The notes beneath the pieces were generated by a model. It was not told the origin of the DNA, searched no databases, and saw only the letters and a list, made by a program, of their open reading frames with translations. The position numbers were made by a program, and so were the translations under genes. A stretch of 56,011 bases of DNA from assembly GCA_027451585.1 (NCBI GenBank), contig DAIDIZ010000002.1, forward strand, positions 1-56,011, written 5' to 3'. The DNA is from Chlamydiota bacterium (lineage in GTDB: Bacteria; Chlamydiota; Chlamydiia; Chlamydiales; SM23-39). Shown piece by piece: positions 28,520 through 38,989 of this stretch. Numbering within the stretch: position 1 is the stretch's first letter; the number at the start of each line of letters is the position of its first letter.

Positions 28520-30439
28520 TCATTTCTTGTGAATTTTCAGTGGGTTAAAAAGACGGCCGTTCCCTTCAAAACTGTAGTGAAACCATTCGAGAAAGTTCAG
28601 ACGAAGGCCGTGGACAACACCCCCCATCAGGCAAAGCGCTATATTGATCGCGTGCCCTCCAAGGATGATCATGACGGTCAAGAAAATCCCCGGATTGAAC
28701 CCGATGGCGTCGTTGAAGGTGTGGGCCATCACCATGCCTCCAAAGGCAAGGGCGTACAGACGAAGATAAGAAAGGACGTCGGCAAATACTTGCACCCCAT
28801 GGAATAATTCTTGCAAAGCCCTCCATCCTTTCTGGATGAGGGCCGCGAGTAAGGCAATCCCAAGACCTCCAAAGAGGATCTGAAAGCCAATCTGCTCGGC
28901 TGCGGGTTTGGAGATCCATTGAAGAAAATTGACGATCACAGTGGCGTGGATCAGCGAGGGAAAATAGAGATATCCGCCCACCATGAATAAAATCCATCCG
29001 AGACCTGCCCAGTTTCTCAGGAGATAGCGAAGAAAGGAAAGGCTGATGTGCAAGATCCCTACAAGCAGGGAAATTTCAAGAAGGACGTTATTAGAAAATT
29101 CTTCAAAAAGGGGGTAAGAAACGCCCCTTTTTTCTTCTTTCTTCGCCGCGAGAAGTAGATCTTCTCCACTTTTTGCCTCTTTGATCGCAGGATAGGTTTT
29201 GAGCGCCTCTTCGTAAACATCGTCTTTTTGAGCGAGATGGTAATCTGCCTTTTTCTTGGAAAGATAGCCCAAGAACGAGGTTTTCTGAATCGGATTTCTG
29301 GGGGAAAAAGAGAGGCCAAAATAGGAAGCGGTAGCAACACCCCAAAGAATCGTTGCAACAGAAACGATCAGACTCAGCTTGACCAGTCGCTTGGCAGTGC
29401 CTCGAAGATCGGGGAATTTCCACTTGATGCAGAGGGTGGCTAAAAGGAACAAAAAGCCATAGCCAGCGTCTGATGCAATCATGGCAAAAAAAAGGGAAAA
29501 GAAAATCAACACCCAAAGAGAGGGGTCTTTATCGGTGTGAGAAGGGGTATCAAAGATGAGGACGAGATCTTCCCCTACCTTGCCAGCCCCCTTGTTTTCA
29601 ATACAGGTGGGAACCCGATCCTTTGTTTCAATGGAAATTTCCTCACATTCGACATTTAAATGCGTGCATAGATTATGCAATGCCTCAATCCGATTTTTAG
29701 GAACCCACGCTTCGATCGCAAAAAGATTTTGGTTGAGGTCCCACGTCACGTTGTGTTTTGCCATTTTGAGATGATGTTGATCAAGCACATCCAAAAGTCC
29801 GGATTGGAGTTCGGGTAAAGTATTGGCAAAGGAGCGCAAATCGGTTTCAATTTTGGCTATTTCTTCTCGCAATTCAAAAAGACGGTTTCTCAGAGTCCCA
29901 ACAGGGCGATCAATGACAATTTCAATCATCTTGGGATATTGGACTTTTTCATGCGCAATAGAAACAAAATAGTCGAGATCGTATTCGGTTCCTATATAGA
30001 TCAGTTCCGGGTTAGGTGCCATCTTTGATGCAAGAGAGCTTTTCATGCAAAAAAACTGAAAAACGCGATGAGATTCCACTTCTATCTCATTCATCTCCTG
30101 CCTAGAAAAATCTCCAAAAATGGCAATGCGCGCAATTTCTGCAACAAGGATCCTCTCTTCTTCTTGCAGAGCCTCAAGAGTTTTTTTCATCTCTACTATG
30201 CTCTCAGCGACTTGGAAGATAGTCAAAGGAGAAGCTGGGACCTCGTAGGGATGGGTGGGGTAATGCTTTGCAATTTTGATCGCAGCGAGAAATGTCTTGG
30301 CAGCCGGGGGAAGTTCTAGAGCTTTTCTACGAGAAGGGCCAATGAACTCTAGAAAACCCCCTTTTTGGGCTAGGGCAAAAAACTGATCCATGTCGTTTTT
30401 CGCACCAAACACAAGGTACTTTTGGAGATCGACAATCAT
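28520..30439 (-). CDS. atpI: V-type ATP synthase subunit I
   Basis: 639 aa with a soluble N-terminal half and a polytopic C-terminal half. Its operon position supports the call. Confidence 0.85.
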   Translation of the reverse strand: MIVDLQKYLVFGAKNDMDQFFALAQKGGFLEFIGPSRRKALELPPAAKTFLAAIKIAKHYPTHPYEVPASPLTIFQVAESIVEMKKTLEALQEEERILVAEIARIAIFGDFSRQEMNEIEVESHRVFQFFCMKSSLASKMAPNPELIYIGTEYDLDYFVSIAHEKVQYPKMIEIVIDRPVGTLRNRLFELREEIAKIETDLRSFANTLPELQSGLLDVLDQHHLKMAKHNVTWDLNQNLFAIEAWVPKNRIEALHNLCTHLNVECEEISIETKDRVPTCIENKGAGKVGEDLVLIFDTPSHTDKDPSLWVLIFFSLFFAMIASDAGYGFLFLLATLCIKWKFPDLRGTAKRLVKLSLIVSVATILWGVATASYFGLSFSPRNPIQKTSFLGYLSKKKADYHLAQKDDVYEEALKTYPAIKEAKSGEDLLLAAKKEEKRGVSYPLFEEFSNNVLLEISLLVGILHISLSFLRYLLRNWAGLGWILFMVGGYLYFPSLIHATVIVNFLQWISKPAAEQIGFQILFGGLGIALLAALIQKGWRALQELFHGVQVFADVLSYLRLYALAFGGMVMAHTFNDAIGFNPGIFLTVMIILGGHAINIALCLMGGVVHGLRLNFLEWFHYSFEGNGRLFNPLKIHKK

Positions 30440-31047
30440 CAGGATTCCCCTTTCTTCAACGCGATCTTTTTTTTCGCCACTTTTGCTTGGGCAACCGCAG
30501 CGAGTTGCTGATCGCTCAAAAAGATCCGAATTTTTTTGATGTTCTGCATTGATCTTGGAATGAGAATCTTTTCAAAAAGATTCACTCGAATGGAAACCGA
30601 CCTCAGTTCTTTCTCCAGAGCCCTCTTTTTTTCCTCAGCAATAGCGATTTTTTCCCTTGCTACCACAAGTTCGCGCACTACATCAGTGGCTTGATCGGTC
30701 CAGACAGGGGTATCAAAAAGGGCATAATGAGGCTCACGAAAAACGACTCCATCAAAAAGAGGAATCTCAACCCCTGCAACGTTCTCATACCGTTTTTTGA
30801 CGTGAATTATGTCGGCGTACTCGACCAGATTAACAGTCACTTTTTCAAGAAGAAAGGGAGCAAAATCTTCGACTTGGTGCCGGATGAGATGCATTTCGTC
30901 TTTAAGACGTGAAAGCTCCATCTGAGCGAGAGACACCTCAAATTGCAACATCGCTTTTTTGAGCTGTAAAGTGGGGAGATACTTTTGAAACTGAGAAAGA
31001 CGAGTCTGTTGGTTACGCAGTTCGTTTTTCGTCAGCTTCAATGTCAT
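30439..31047 (-). CDS. atpD: V-type ATP synthase subunit D
   Basis: 202 aa coiled-coil protein beginning MTLKLTKNELRNQQTRL. The stop overlaps the atpI start. Confidence 0.85.
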   Translation of the reverse strand: MTLKLTKNELRNQQTRLSQFQKYLPTLQLKKAMLQFEVSLAQMELSRLKDEMHLIRHQVEDFAPFLLEKVTVNLVEYADIIHVKKRYENVAGVEIPLFDGVVFREPHYALFDTPVWTDQATDVVRELVVAREKIAIAEEKKRALEKELRSVSIRVNLFEKILIPRSMQNIKKIRIFLSDQQLAAVAQAKVAKKKIALKKGES

Positions 31048-31050
31048 CGA

Positions 31051-32364
31051 TTACCGTCCAACAGTTTCTCGAGGCCAGTATTTATCGGAAATCTGCTTTT
31101 TAACCCCGATCTCTTCAAGTTCAAAACACTCAGCTAAAGTCATCCACCCAAGATCCAACGCCTTTTCCAAGGGGAGGTTGACCTCTAGATTCATCATCCT
31201 CTCTTCAAAAAGAAAAGAATAGCGAAGCAATTTTTCATCCCATCTCGAAAGCCGGAACCCCATCGCCTGTCTTTCTCTTGCCTTTTTCGAATCAGCGTAG
31301 AGGCGGATCATGGTGTTGGCAAGATCCCCATGATCTTCACGGGTCACTTTCCCAATGACTTGCTGCTTTAAACGAGACAGTGAGCCAAAAGGATCGATAG
31401 AACCGCCATGAAGATAAAACTGCCCTTCTGTGATATAGCCGGTGTTATCAGGGATCGGATGGGTCACATCTCCCCCTGGCATCGTCGTAACAGAAAGAAT
31501 AGTGATCGACCCCCCATCATCCATGTCGACGGCCTTTTCATAACGAGAAGCCAGATCAGAATAGAGAGATCCTGGATATCCCCTGTTCGCAGGGATCTGG
31601 TCCATCGTGATGGCAATTTCTTTAATTGCATCAGCAAACGAGGTCATATCCGTCATTAAAACGAGCACATCCTTTCCTTCTAAAGCAAATTTTTCGGCAA
31701 CCGCTAAAGCCATGTCGGGGACGAGAAGGCATTCGACCGCGGGATCGGTGGCTCGGTGGATAAACATCACCGTTTTTTCAATTGATCCCGCTCTTTCAGC
31801 ATTATCAATGAAAGCAGCGTAATCATCAAAGCGAAGACCCATTCCCGCAATCACCACCACATCGACATCGGTCTGATTGGCGATCCGCATCATGAGAGCA
31901 TTATACGGCTCTCCCGCGATCGAAAAGATTGGAATTTTCTGAGATTTCACAAGACAATTGAAAAGATCGATCATCGGAATATTCGTCCGAACGAGCTCTC
32001 TTGGAACAATTCTTCGAGTGGGATTGAAAGAAGGGCTATTGAGATTGAGGAACTCGCCAATCATTTCAGGGCCTTCATCAATCGGATCTCCTACACCATT
32101 GAATCGACGTCCCAAAAGGGAAGCCCCAAATGTCGCCTGCATTTCTCGATTTAAAAAAGAGACTCGATCTCCTGTGGAGATGCCTCTCGTATTTTCAAAT
32201 ACCTGTAAAGTGACTAGATCATCATCAAAGCGAAGGACCGAAGCATAGGTGGAGGTTCCATTCGATTTGTGAACCCGAGCCACCTCTCCTAAACGAACCC
32301 CTTCCGCAGAGACGGTAATCAAATTCCCCCTCATATCAATGATTCGATCGTAAACCTTTCTCAT
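31051..32364 (-). CDS. atpB: V-type ATP synthase subunit B
   Basis: 437 aa regulatory-subunit fold with no canonical P-loop. It follows atpA with an ATGA overlap. Confidence 0.9.
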   Translation of the reverse strand: MRKVYDRIIDMRGNLITVSAEGVRLGEVARVHKSNGTSTYASVLRFDDDLVTLQVFENTRGISTGDRVSFLNREMQATFGASLLGRRFNGVGDPIDEGPEMIGEFLNLNSPSFNPTRRIVPRELVRTNIPMIDLFNCLVKSQKIPIFSIAGEPYNALMMRIANQTDVDVVVIAGMGLRFDDYAAFIDNAERAGSIEKTVMFIHRATDPAVECLLVPDMALAVAEKFALEGKDVLVLMTDMTSFADAIKEIAITMDQIPANRGYPGSLYSDLASRYEKAVDMDDGGSITILSVTTMPGGDVTHPIPDNTGYITEGQFYLHGGSIDPFGSLSRLKQQVIGKVTREDHGDLANTMIRLYADSKKARERQAMGFRLSRWDEKLLRYSFLFEERMMNLEVNLPLEKALDLGWMTLAECFELEEIGVKKQISDKYWPRETVGR

Positions 32365-34121
32365 GCGCTTGCTTTCGCCTCTTGGATCTTCTGTTGTACG
32401 TTGAGGATAGCTTCTCCATATTTTTCAGAAAGATAGGGAAGGAAGTTGATGTTCTTGATCTCATTTTGCAAATTTAAGAAAAAGCTTCTTGCCACATCGT
32501 GGGCATCAAAATGGAAGTCGGCATCAAAAATGGACTGAATCAACCGGAACATATGGATCTGTCTTTCAAGAGGACAATAACAATCTTCTTTATCAAATGC
32601 GTTTTGTTGAAGATAACAAAATTCATAGAGTTCCGATTTGAGATAGATGATCATATCCGAAAGGGCAACCCCTTCCTCACCAACTACTTCCATTCTCTTT
32701 CCTATTTCATCGCCTCTCCTGAGAATCTGCGCCGCCTTTTTTACTCGATCGGACCAGTGATCGAGATGCTCATTGAGCTCTTTTCCGGTCTCTTCCAGGT
32801 ATTTTGTCCAAGAAATGAGAGGATCGATCGCCGGATAGCGGCGTGCATCAGATCGGGCTCGAGAAAGGCCATGAAAGGCACCCACTATCGCAAGGGATGC
32901 TTGAGTCACCGGCTCCTCGAAATTCCCACCTGCTGGAGAAACACTCCCTCCGATGGTGAGAGATCCAATCTGGCCGTTTTTGAATTGAATCTCCCCTGAA
33001 CGTTCATAAAATGCCGAAATACGAGAGGCGAGATAGGCAGGAAACGCCTCTTCTCCCGGGATTTCTTCAAGTCTACCTGACATCTCCCGCATCGCCTGTG
33101 CCCATCTCGAAGTTGAATCGGCTAAGAGAAGAACGTCGAGACCCATTTGACGATAGTATTCGGCAATAGCCGCCCCCATATAAACGGAAGCCTCGCGAGC
33201 CGCAACCGGCATCGAAGAGGTATTGCAAATCATCACTGTTCGGTTGAGCAGTGGCTCATTAGTATGAGGATCAATTAAATCGGGAAACGTTCTGAGAACT
33301 TCAACCACTTCTCCAGCCCTTTCACCGCAAGCGACAATGATCACGATGTCGACCGAAGAGTATTTCGAAAGGTGGTGCTGCATCACCGTTTTTCCCGCAC
33401 CAAAAGGCCCAGGAGAACAAAACGTTCCCCCCTTCAGCACAGGGAACTGAGTATCCAAAATGCGAAGCCCTGTGTCCATCATCCGAGAAGGACGTAATTT
33501 CTTCCCTTCCAAAAGAGGCGACTTAACCGGCCACCTTTGCAACATGGTGAATTGGACAGGATGCCCTTTTTCATCTTCACCCTCTGCAATCACCGTCTCG
33601 ATTGAATAGGCGCCTGGTTTAGCAACTGATGTGATCTTCACTTTCCCGAAAAACGAAAAAGGAACCATGATCGGATGAGTAAACCGCCCCTCCGGAACCG
33701 ATCCCAAGGAATCCCCACGGACAAGGAGATCTCCCGCCTTGGCAATTGGAGTGAACTCCCATAACTTCTCCCGATCAAGGGAGGATAAATAGACTCCTCG
33801 CGAAAGATACACTCCTGTTGCCGCAGCGACCTTCTCAAGAGGATTTTGCAACCCGTCAAAAATTGAGGTGAGAAGCCCAGGCCCCAGCTCTGCCTCGAGA
33901 AGGTGCCCATCGAAGCGAACAGGTGTATTGAGTTTTACACCACGGGTGTCTTCAAACACCTGGACCTTTGCCTCATTGCCTGCAATCTCAATCACCTCAG
34001 AGAGAAGGTGTTGATCTCCAACATGAATCCAAGCTACCTCGCCCTGCCGGATAGCCCCCTCAAATCGGACGTGCAAAAGATTTCCAAAAGCTTGAACTAC
34101 AACGCCTGTTGCTTTACCCAT
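32361..34121 (-). CDS. atpA: V-type ATP synthase catalytic subunit A
   Basis: 586 aa with Walker A GPFGAGKT and Walker B LLLADS. Confidence 0.93.
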   Translation of the reverse strand: MGKATGVVVQAFGNLLHVRFEGAIRQGEVAWIHVGDQHLLSEVIEIAGNEAKVQVFEDTRGVKLNTPVRFDGHLLEAELGPGLLTSIFDGLQNPLEKVAAATGVYLSRGVYLSSLDREKLWEFTPIAKAGDLLVRGDSLGSVPEGRFTHPIMVPFSFFGKVKITSVAKPGAYSIETVIAEGEDEKGHPVQFTMLQRWPVKSPLLEGKKLRPSRMMDTGLRILDTQFPVLKGGTFCSPGPFGAGKTVMQHHLSKYSSVDIVIIVACGERAGEVVEVLRTFPDLIDPHTNEPLLNRTVMICNTSSMPVAAREASVYMGAAIAEYYRQMGLDVLLLADSTSRWAQAMREMSGRLEEIPGEEAFPAYLASRISAFYERSGEIQFKNGQIGSLTIGGSVSPAGGNFEEPVTQASLAIVGAFHGLSRARSDARRYPAIDPLISWTKYLEETGKELNEHLDHWSDRVKKAAQILRRGDEIGKRMEVVGEEGVALSDMIIYLKSELYEFCYLQQNAFDKEDCYCPLERQIHMFRLIQSIFDADFHFDAHDVARSFFLNLQNEIKNINFLPYLSEKYGEAILNVQQKIQEAKASA

Positions 34122-34881
34122 AGTGACTCAATTCTTCCACTGTCATAATCGCTTTTTCCCTACTTTTAAGCTGCATTTCTTCTAAAAGCAAAAGCTTAGC
34201 CCCATAAGCGAGAATCCGGTCCACCGTAAAGTATTCATTCTCTTCGTACAGACCGATTTTTTCAAAGCGATATTTTAAAAGAGCTAAAGAAAGCCTTCTC
34301 GGATCCCCGTTATTTTCCACAAAAAGAACTTTTACGTCTTCGAAATCCGTAGGCGGAGTATAATCCGGGGCATCTTTTTGAGCGAGGATTTGAGCCACAA
34401 AAGGATCGAGAGGATCTTCAAACTGCAGTTCCTTCACCAGATTGCGCATCCCCTTTTTAGCTCTGAGCGCCGTCAAAACCAGCCTAAGCTCCCTTTCAAA
34501 CTTGAAGTACTTACTTAAAAAACCAGAAAATTCCTGTCGGTAGAAGGAGGCGTAGAGGGAGGGGAAGTGGGCGAGGCGACTCTCAACCGATTCGTATTCT
34601 CCTAAAAAATCGACCAGGTAAGAAGGGATTCCATCGCGGACAAGAAGAGCCTCCTCTAGGTCTTTTCCTAAGAGGGTCCCCCGATCATCCAGAGGCATGC
34701 CTAACCAAAAGGCCTTCACATTATACAGGTCAATGGGCGTTAAAAGAGTCTGAAAAAGAGCTAGATCAGAAACCGTAAGTTCTGTAGAAACCATCTCTTG
34801 CAACTCTTTAAATGAGATCTCCGGAGGAGATCCAAAAGTCAAAGGCGGCAGCGCATTGATCAGAAAATAATAACGAGCCAT
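34114..34881 (-). CDS. V-ATPase operon protein of unknown subunit assignment (possible C/d-like)
   Basis: 255 aa ORF between atpE and atpA, overlapping atpA by 8 nt. Chlamydia has an unassigned ORF in the same position (from memory). Confidence 0.6.
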   Translation of the reverse strand: MARYYFLINALPPLTFGSPPEISFKELQEMVSTELTVSDLALFQTLLTPIDLYNVKAFWLGMPLDDRGTLLGKDLEEALLVRDGIPSYLVDFLGEYESVESRLAHFPSLYASFYRQEFSGFLSKYFKFERELRLVLTALRAKKGMRNLVKELQFEDPLDPFVAQILAQKDAPDYTPPTDFEDVKVLFVENNGDPRRLSLALLKYRFEKIGLYEENEYFTVDRILAYGAKLLLLEEMQLKSREKAIMTVEELSHYG

Positions 34882-34886
34882 ATCAC

Positions 34887-35516
34887 CTACCCGCTAAAGA
34901 CCATCTCCCGGAAATCGCGCCGGATGTAGCGGGCAATCAAACCTCTGACCGCCTCCTTAGAAATATCGATCGAAACTCGGCGCCCTTTAAGCTGAATTTC
35001 AACCCCCCCATCAAAATCACCGAGAGATACGCTCTTATGCTGCAGCCGTTCAAGGACTTGCGTCATTAAAAGAGCATTGATTGAGCGAGGAGAAATCTGC
35101 TTGGGAATCAACGCCACAAATTCATCTTCGACTCCCTGATTTTCCATCGATTTCATCAGGGTATTGATAATTTGAGAAATCACTTTTGGATCGGTCAATT
35201 CGCGGGAAAGAACTTCATCGAGTTGCCCATCGAAGAGCTGCTGTTCAATTTTTTGTTTGAGAAGTTCGATACTCTGCCGACAGGCTAGTTGGAGTGAAGC
35301 CTGGAAAATCTTCCCCTTTTCTTCTATTTCGTCCTTTGCAGAGAGAATCATCTTTTCCGCCTTCTCTTTTGCCTCCAAAAGAATTTCAGAAGCCTGAAGG
35401 TGGGCATTTTCCACAATTTCTCTGGCCTCTTGCTTAGCCGGTTCAAGCGTCTCTTTTTTGAGAGCATCGCAAATCTTTTGAATCTTATCCCGACCCGTTT
35501 CTAATCCCTTCATCAA
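34887..35516 (-). CDS. atpE: V-type ATP synthase subunit E
   Basis: 209 aa with a charged helical N-terminus. It is the first gene of the operon. Confidence 0.8.
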   Translation of the reverse strand: MMKGLETGRDKIQKICDALKKETLEPAKQEAREIVENAHLQASEILLEAKEKAEKMILSAKDEIEEKGKIFQASLQLACRQSIELLKQKIEQQLFDGQLDEVLSRELTDPKVISQIINTLMKSMENQGVEDEFVALIPKQISPRSINALLMTQVLERLQHKSVSLGDFDGGVEIQLKGRRVSIDISKEAVRGLIARYIRRDFREMVFSG

Positions 35517-35672
35517 ACACCTCTGTTCAGAATTTTAGAAGATAGAGAACTTTTTGTCGTCGCTATTTTTTTCTCGAGGAGGAAATCCGATTTTTATGGC
35601 AAATAATTGAAAAAAAGATATGATAACCACTTCTTGGTCGAAAATGACCTTGATCACCAACAGGAGATGAAC

Positions 35673-35897
35673 ATGAAAAAATTATCCATTCTTTTAACCG
35701 TTGTCGCTGTTCTCGCTGGAAACTTGGGCCATGCCCAAACTCCAACGAAAAGCTACAACAACGCACCAAAAAACACTTCTAAAGATGAGTTTCAGTGGGG
35801 CGTCGCAGCCATTGGTCTTACGATCCTTGGAGTGATTGTCGGATGCACAGCCGCTAGCGCAGCTTCTGCACCTAGCAGCTATTCTGCAGCTCATTAA
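35673..35897 (+). CDS. Small secreted/membrane protein, tandem paralog 1
   Basis: MKKLSILLTVVAVLAGNLGHAQ looks like a signal peptide. A polar linker follows, then WGVAAIGLTILGVIVGCTAAS (TM). AGGAG lies 6 nt upstream of the ATG at 35673. Confidence 0.55.
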   Translation: MKKLSILLTVVAVLAGNLGHAQTPTKSYNNAPKNTSKDEFQWGVAAIGLTILGVIVGCTAASAASAPSSYSAAH

Positions 35898-36005
35898 TAG
35901 ATCCTCTTTTGGATAAGGCGTTGCTCTTCTTTTGAAGGCTGCTGCGCCTTGTCCATTTGCAAAAAATGTGGGGATATGCGACTAATATCATACAGGGGTG
36001 TCTGT

Positions 36006-36242
36006 ATGAAAAGATTGCTTTTTTCTCTATTATTCCTTTCCATTTGCCATCAAGGCATTGCAGAGGAACCTCCACAGAAGCACCCCCCCAAAAAACACAA
36101 AACCAGTGGATACGCCTCTCGGGATGCAACAGTCTTATCGATGATGGGATGGGGAGTTGCTCTCTTTGCCACCATCGCTACGATCTCAGCGCTTGTTCAT
36201 GACAATCCGGGACCACAATCGAATAGCAACACAACACCCTAA
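36006..36242 (+). CDS. Small secreted/membrane protein, tandem paralog 2
   Basis: MKRLLFSLLFLSICHQGIA looks like a signal peptide. A basic polar linker follows, then WGVALFATIATISALV (TM). The layout matches the preceding ORF. Confidence 0.55.
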   Translation: MKRLLFSLLFLSICHQGIAEEPPQKHPPKKHKTSGYASRDATVLSMMGWGVALFATIATISALVHDNPGPQSNSNTTP

Positions 36243-36250
36243 GGTGAACG

Positions 36251-37207
36251 ATGAGCCAAAACCAACTCGACCAACTCAAAAAAATGACCACCGTTGTGGC
36301 CGATACGGGAGACTTTGCTTCTCTAAAGCAATATAGCCCAACCGACTCGACGACCAACCCATCTCTGATCTATGCCGCAAGCCAACAAGAACAATATAAA
36401 GGACTTGTAGAAGAAGCGATCCATTATGGAAAATCTAAAACCTCTCATCATTTGCAACACGCTCTTGACAAGGTGTTTGTCAATTTTGGTCTTGAGATTT
36501 TAAAGCTGGTCCCTGGACGAGTCTCGACTGAAGTTGATGCTCGCCTTTCCTTTGACGTGGAAGGGAGCATTGAAAAAGCTCGCCACCTGATTGACTTGTA
36601 TGAAAAAGAAGGGATCGATCGTAAACGTATTTTGATTAAGCTGGCGACAACTTGGGAAGGGATCCAAGCAGCAAAAACCCTTGAAAAAGAAGGGATCCAC
36701 TGCAATATGACGCTTCTGTTTAGTCTTCCCCAAGCGATTGCTTGCGCCGAAGGGAAAGCAACCCTGATTTCTCCTTTCGTGGGCCGTATTCTCGACTGGT
36801 ACAAGAAACAAGAAAAAGTCGATTCTTATCCAGCAGCTGCAGACCCTGGAGTTAAATCAGTCACCAAAATCTTCTATTATTACAAGAAATTTGGGTACAA
36901 AACCCAAATCATGGGCGCCTCGTTTAGAAATAAAGAGGAGATCATTGAGCTAGCTGGGTGCGATTTCCTAACGATTGCCCCCTCTCTTTTGGAAGAGCTC
37001 AAAAAAAGTCACGATCCTGTCGTCAAAAAGCTCGACGCAGACAAAGCGAAGAACCAATCTATGGACAAGATCTCTCTTGATGAAAAGAGTTTTCGTTATC
37101 TCCTCAATCAAGATGCTATGGCAACAGAGAAACTCTCTGAAGGGATCCGCAATTTTGTAAAGGATGTTGAAAAATTAGAACAAATCCTCTCTCAAAAAAT
37201 GATTTGA
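36251..37207 (+). CDS. tal: Transaldolase
   Basis: 318 aa with [15 protein letters not shown] and [11 protein letters not shown], which contains the Schiff-base lysine region. Confidence 0.93.
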   Translation: MSQNQLDQLKKMTTVVADTGDFASLKQYSPTDSTTNPSLIYAASQQEQYKGLVEEAIHYGKSKTSHHLQHALDKVFVNFGLEILKLVPGRVSTEVDARLSFDVEGSIEKARHLIDLYEKEGIDRKRILIKLATTWEGIQAAKTLEKEGIHCNMTLLFSLPQAIACAEGKATLISPFVGRILDWYKKQEKVDSYPAAADPGVKSVTKIFYYYKKFGYKTQIMGASFRNKEEIIELAGCDFLTIAPSLLEELKKSHDPVVKKLDADKAKNQSMDKISLDEKSFRYLLNQDAMATEKLSEGIRNFVKDVEKLEQILSQKMI

Positions 37208-37258
37208 TCCTTTTCTGATAAGACTTTAAAATGGGGCGCCAAAAATGGAAAACATTTT

Positions 37259-38923
37259 ATGACGCCCTCTTCTTCTCGAATGACCCCTCCTCCTGTACAT
37301 TGCGTATCCCCCGAAGGTGACTTTCGCGTTCGTTCCGAATTTAGATTTGGACATTCCCCGCCCAAAGAGGAAACAGATTCCTCGCAACCTAGAAGGTTGA
37401 CTTCAAGGAAATTATCATTCAGTAAAAGAGACTCTCCTCCAAAAGGAGACGCCTCCTCAGAAGAGGAGAGCACTCCTTTGGAGAGGAAACATTCGGCACA
37501 CCTTGTGAGGAAGCTATCGTTGACAGATGGGAAAGGAAACTCTTCTGATATCCAGCAAAGAAGGCAACCCAAACCCTTAACTATCAAAGCATTGCTTGAA
37601 TTTTCAGGACCACATACAGAATACCTTTGCCAACTGATCCAAAAAATAGATGATGCAGCGAGGACCCCTTTAGGTCCTCAATTAAGCGAATTGCGGCACC
37701 ATGTGCAAGAGCTTGTTTGTCAAACTGCCATTGCGCCTTCCCGATCAGAGTATCCATGGACTCCTGCTTTACAAATCATGCAGATCTTTGCCCAGTCTCT
37801 ATCACGAGCTTTTCAGCCCTACAACCGATATGGAGTCCCCTTTGACGCCCCTATCCTTCGGATTGCAACCAACTATTTCCCCCCTTTCATCGCTCCTTAT
37901 ACCCATACCCATCCTATTATTCCCGCAATAGGCAAAAAACAATCCATCGCCTTTCCAGAAATGTGGACAAAAAGAATCATGGGATGGCCCAATCTTGCCC
38001 ATCAGATAGCCCACGCCTTCATGGAAAATCAAGGATGCGAAGGAATGCCGCAACGATTGAGGGATCAATTCGAAAAAAAATTAGAAGAAAAGTCGTTAAC
38101 TAACCTATCCGAACGAGAGCAACAAATCATTCGATATCTCAACGCTTATTTCTCTTCTCGGATAGGGGAAATGGGAGCTGATGCATTGGCTCTCTTGCTG
38201 ATGGGTTTCTCTCCCGCAATAGCATGCGCTCGGTGTGCGGTGATGTCACCTTCGATGCAAGAGTCAGATACCCCATGGCAATGCACCCCCATCAATTTAA
38301 AATCTCGACATCCCCTGGACCGATTTAAGATTTGTTGGTCATTGGAAATGCTTAAGTTTTTTGAAAAACGGATTTTTCGGTTTCATTCAGCAACCTATTT
38401 ACCACCCATACCTAATTGGGAGCAAATTTTGGCATCCCATGAATCAGCTGTTAAAGAAAAAATCTTGTCTAATTGGCTCGATTCATCGGAAATGTTTGGA
38501 ACAGAACAGTTAACTCCATCCAAGATCTTTAGCCATTTCTCCAAAGTGATCCTCCCGAAGTTATTAGAAGTTCTCTCTGAAATAATTCCCTTTGATCCTT
38601 GGCGCTGGAATCGAGGGGATGAAGAGAGAATTCTTTTGTTGTCTAATCAAATCAATCCGTATCTTTCAGAGAGGATCAAAACAACCTCCTCCGGACCACT
38701 CACCCTGACGCAAAAAATTGAGGCGGCGTTAAAAGAAGAACTTCCCCGAGAACTTAGACTACCTTCGATTCAATACGATGCTCGTCATATCGTTCCCGCA
38801 ATCTTTTATACTCTTCTGACAAGAATTGACGATGGTTCCGCAGCTCAAACAAACGAAGCAAAACAAAGAGTATCGGAAGAACTTTTTATCATCATGCTGA
38901 AAATGATTCAGGAACGGTCGTAA
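37259..38923 (+). CDS. Hypothetical protein; disordered N-terminus and a zincin-like HQxxH...ExxAD region
   Basis: 554 aa. The first ~105 aa are rich in S, P, R, K and E. LAHQIAHAF lies at nt 38000 and IGEMGADAL at nt 38168. The gene sits between tal and rpoC. Confidence 0.6.
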   Translation: MTPSSSRMTPPPVHCVSPEGDFRVRSEFRFGHSPPKEETDSSQPRRLTSRKLSFSKRDSPPKGDASSEEESTPLERKHSAHLVRKLSLTDGKGNSSDIQQRRQPKPLTIKALLEFSGPHTEYLCQLIQKIDDAARTPLGPQLSELRHHVQELVCQTAIAPSRSEYPWTPALQIMQIFAQSLSRAFQPYNRYGVPFDAPILRIATNYFPPFIAPYTHTHPIIPAIGKKQSIAFPEMWTKRIMGWPNLAHQIAHAFMENQGCEGMPQRLRDQFEKKLEEKSLTNLSEREQQIIRYLNAYFSSRIGEMGADALALLLMGFSPAIACARCAVMSPSMQESDTPWQCTPINLKSRHPLDRFKICWSLEMLKFFEKRIFRFHSATYLPPIPNWEQILASHESAVKEKILSNWLDSSEMFGTEQLTPSKIFSHFSKVILPKLLEVLSEIIPFDPWRWNRGDEERILLLSNQINPYLSERIKTTSSGPLTLTQKIEAALKEELPRELRLPSIQYDARHIVPAIFYTLLTRIDDGSAAQTNEAKQRVSEELFIIMLKMIQERS

Positions 38924-38963
38924 TACGATTTATACCGGAAATGATTCAAAAGCGCCCAAGAAA

Positions 38964-38985
38964 AGAGGGAGAAAGGTCTCCCTCT
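38964..38985. terminator. Bidirectional intrinsic terminator between convergent ORF 37259-38923 and rpoC
   Basis: agagggaga pairs with tctccctct (9 bp stem, 4 nt loop). ATTTTTAT follows on the plus strand and TTTTCTT on the minus strand. Confidence 0.7.
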
Positions 38986-38989
38986 ATTT

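Noticed and set aside
28566-29516. Alternative-frame minus-strand ORFs (143 aa, 137 aa, 99 aa)
   Set aside because: They overlap atpI in other frames. The atpI frame has the expected V-ATPase subunit I architecture.
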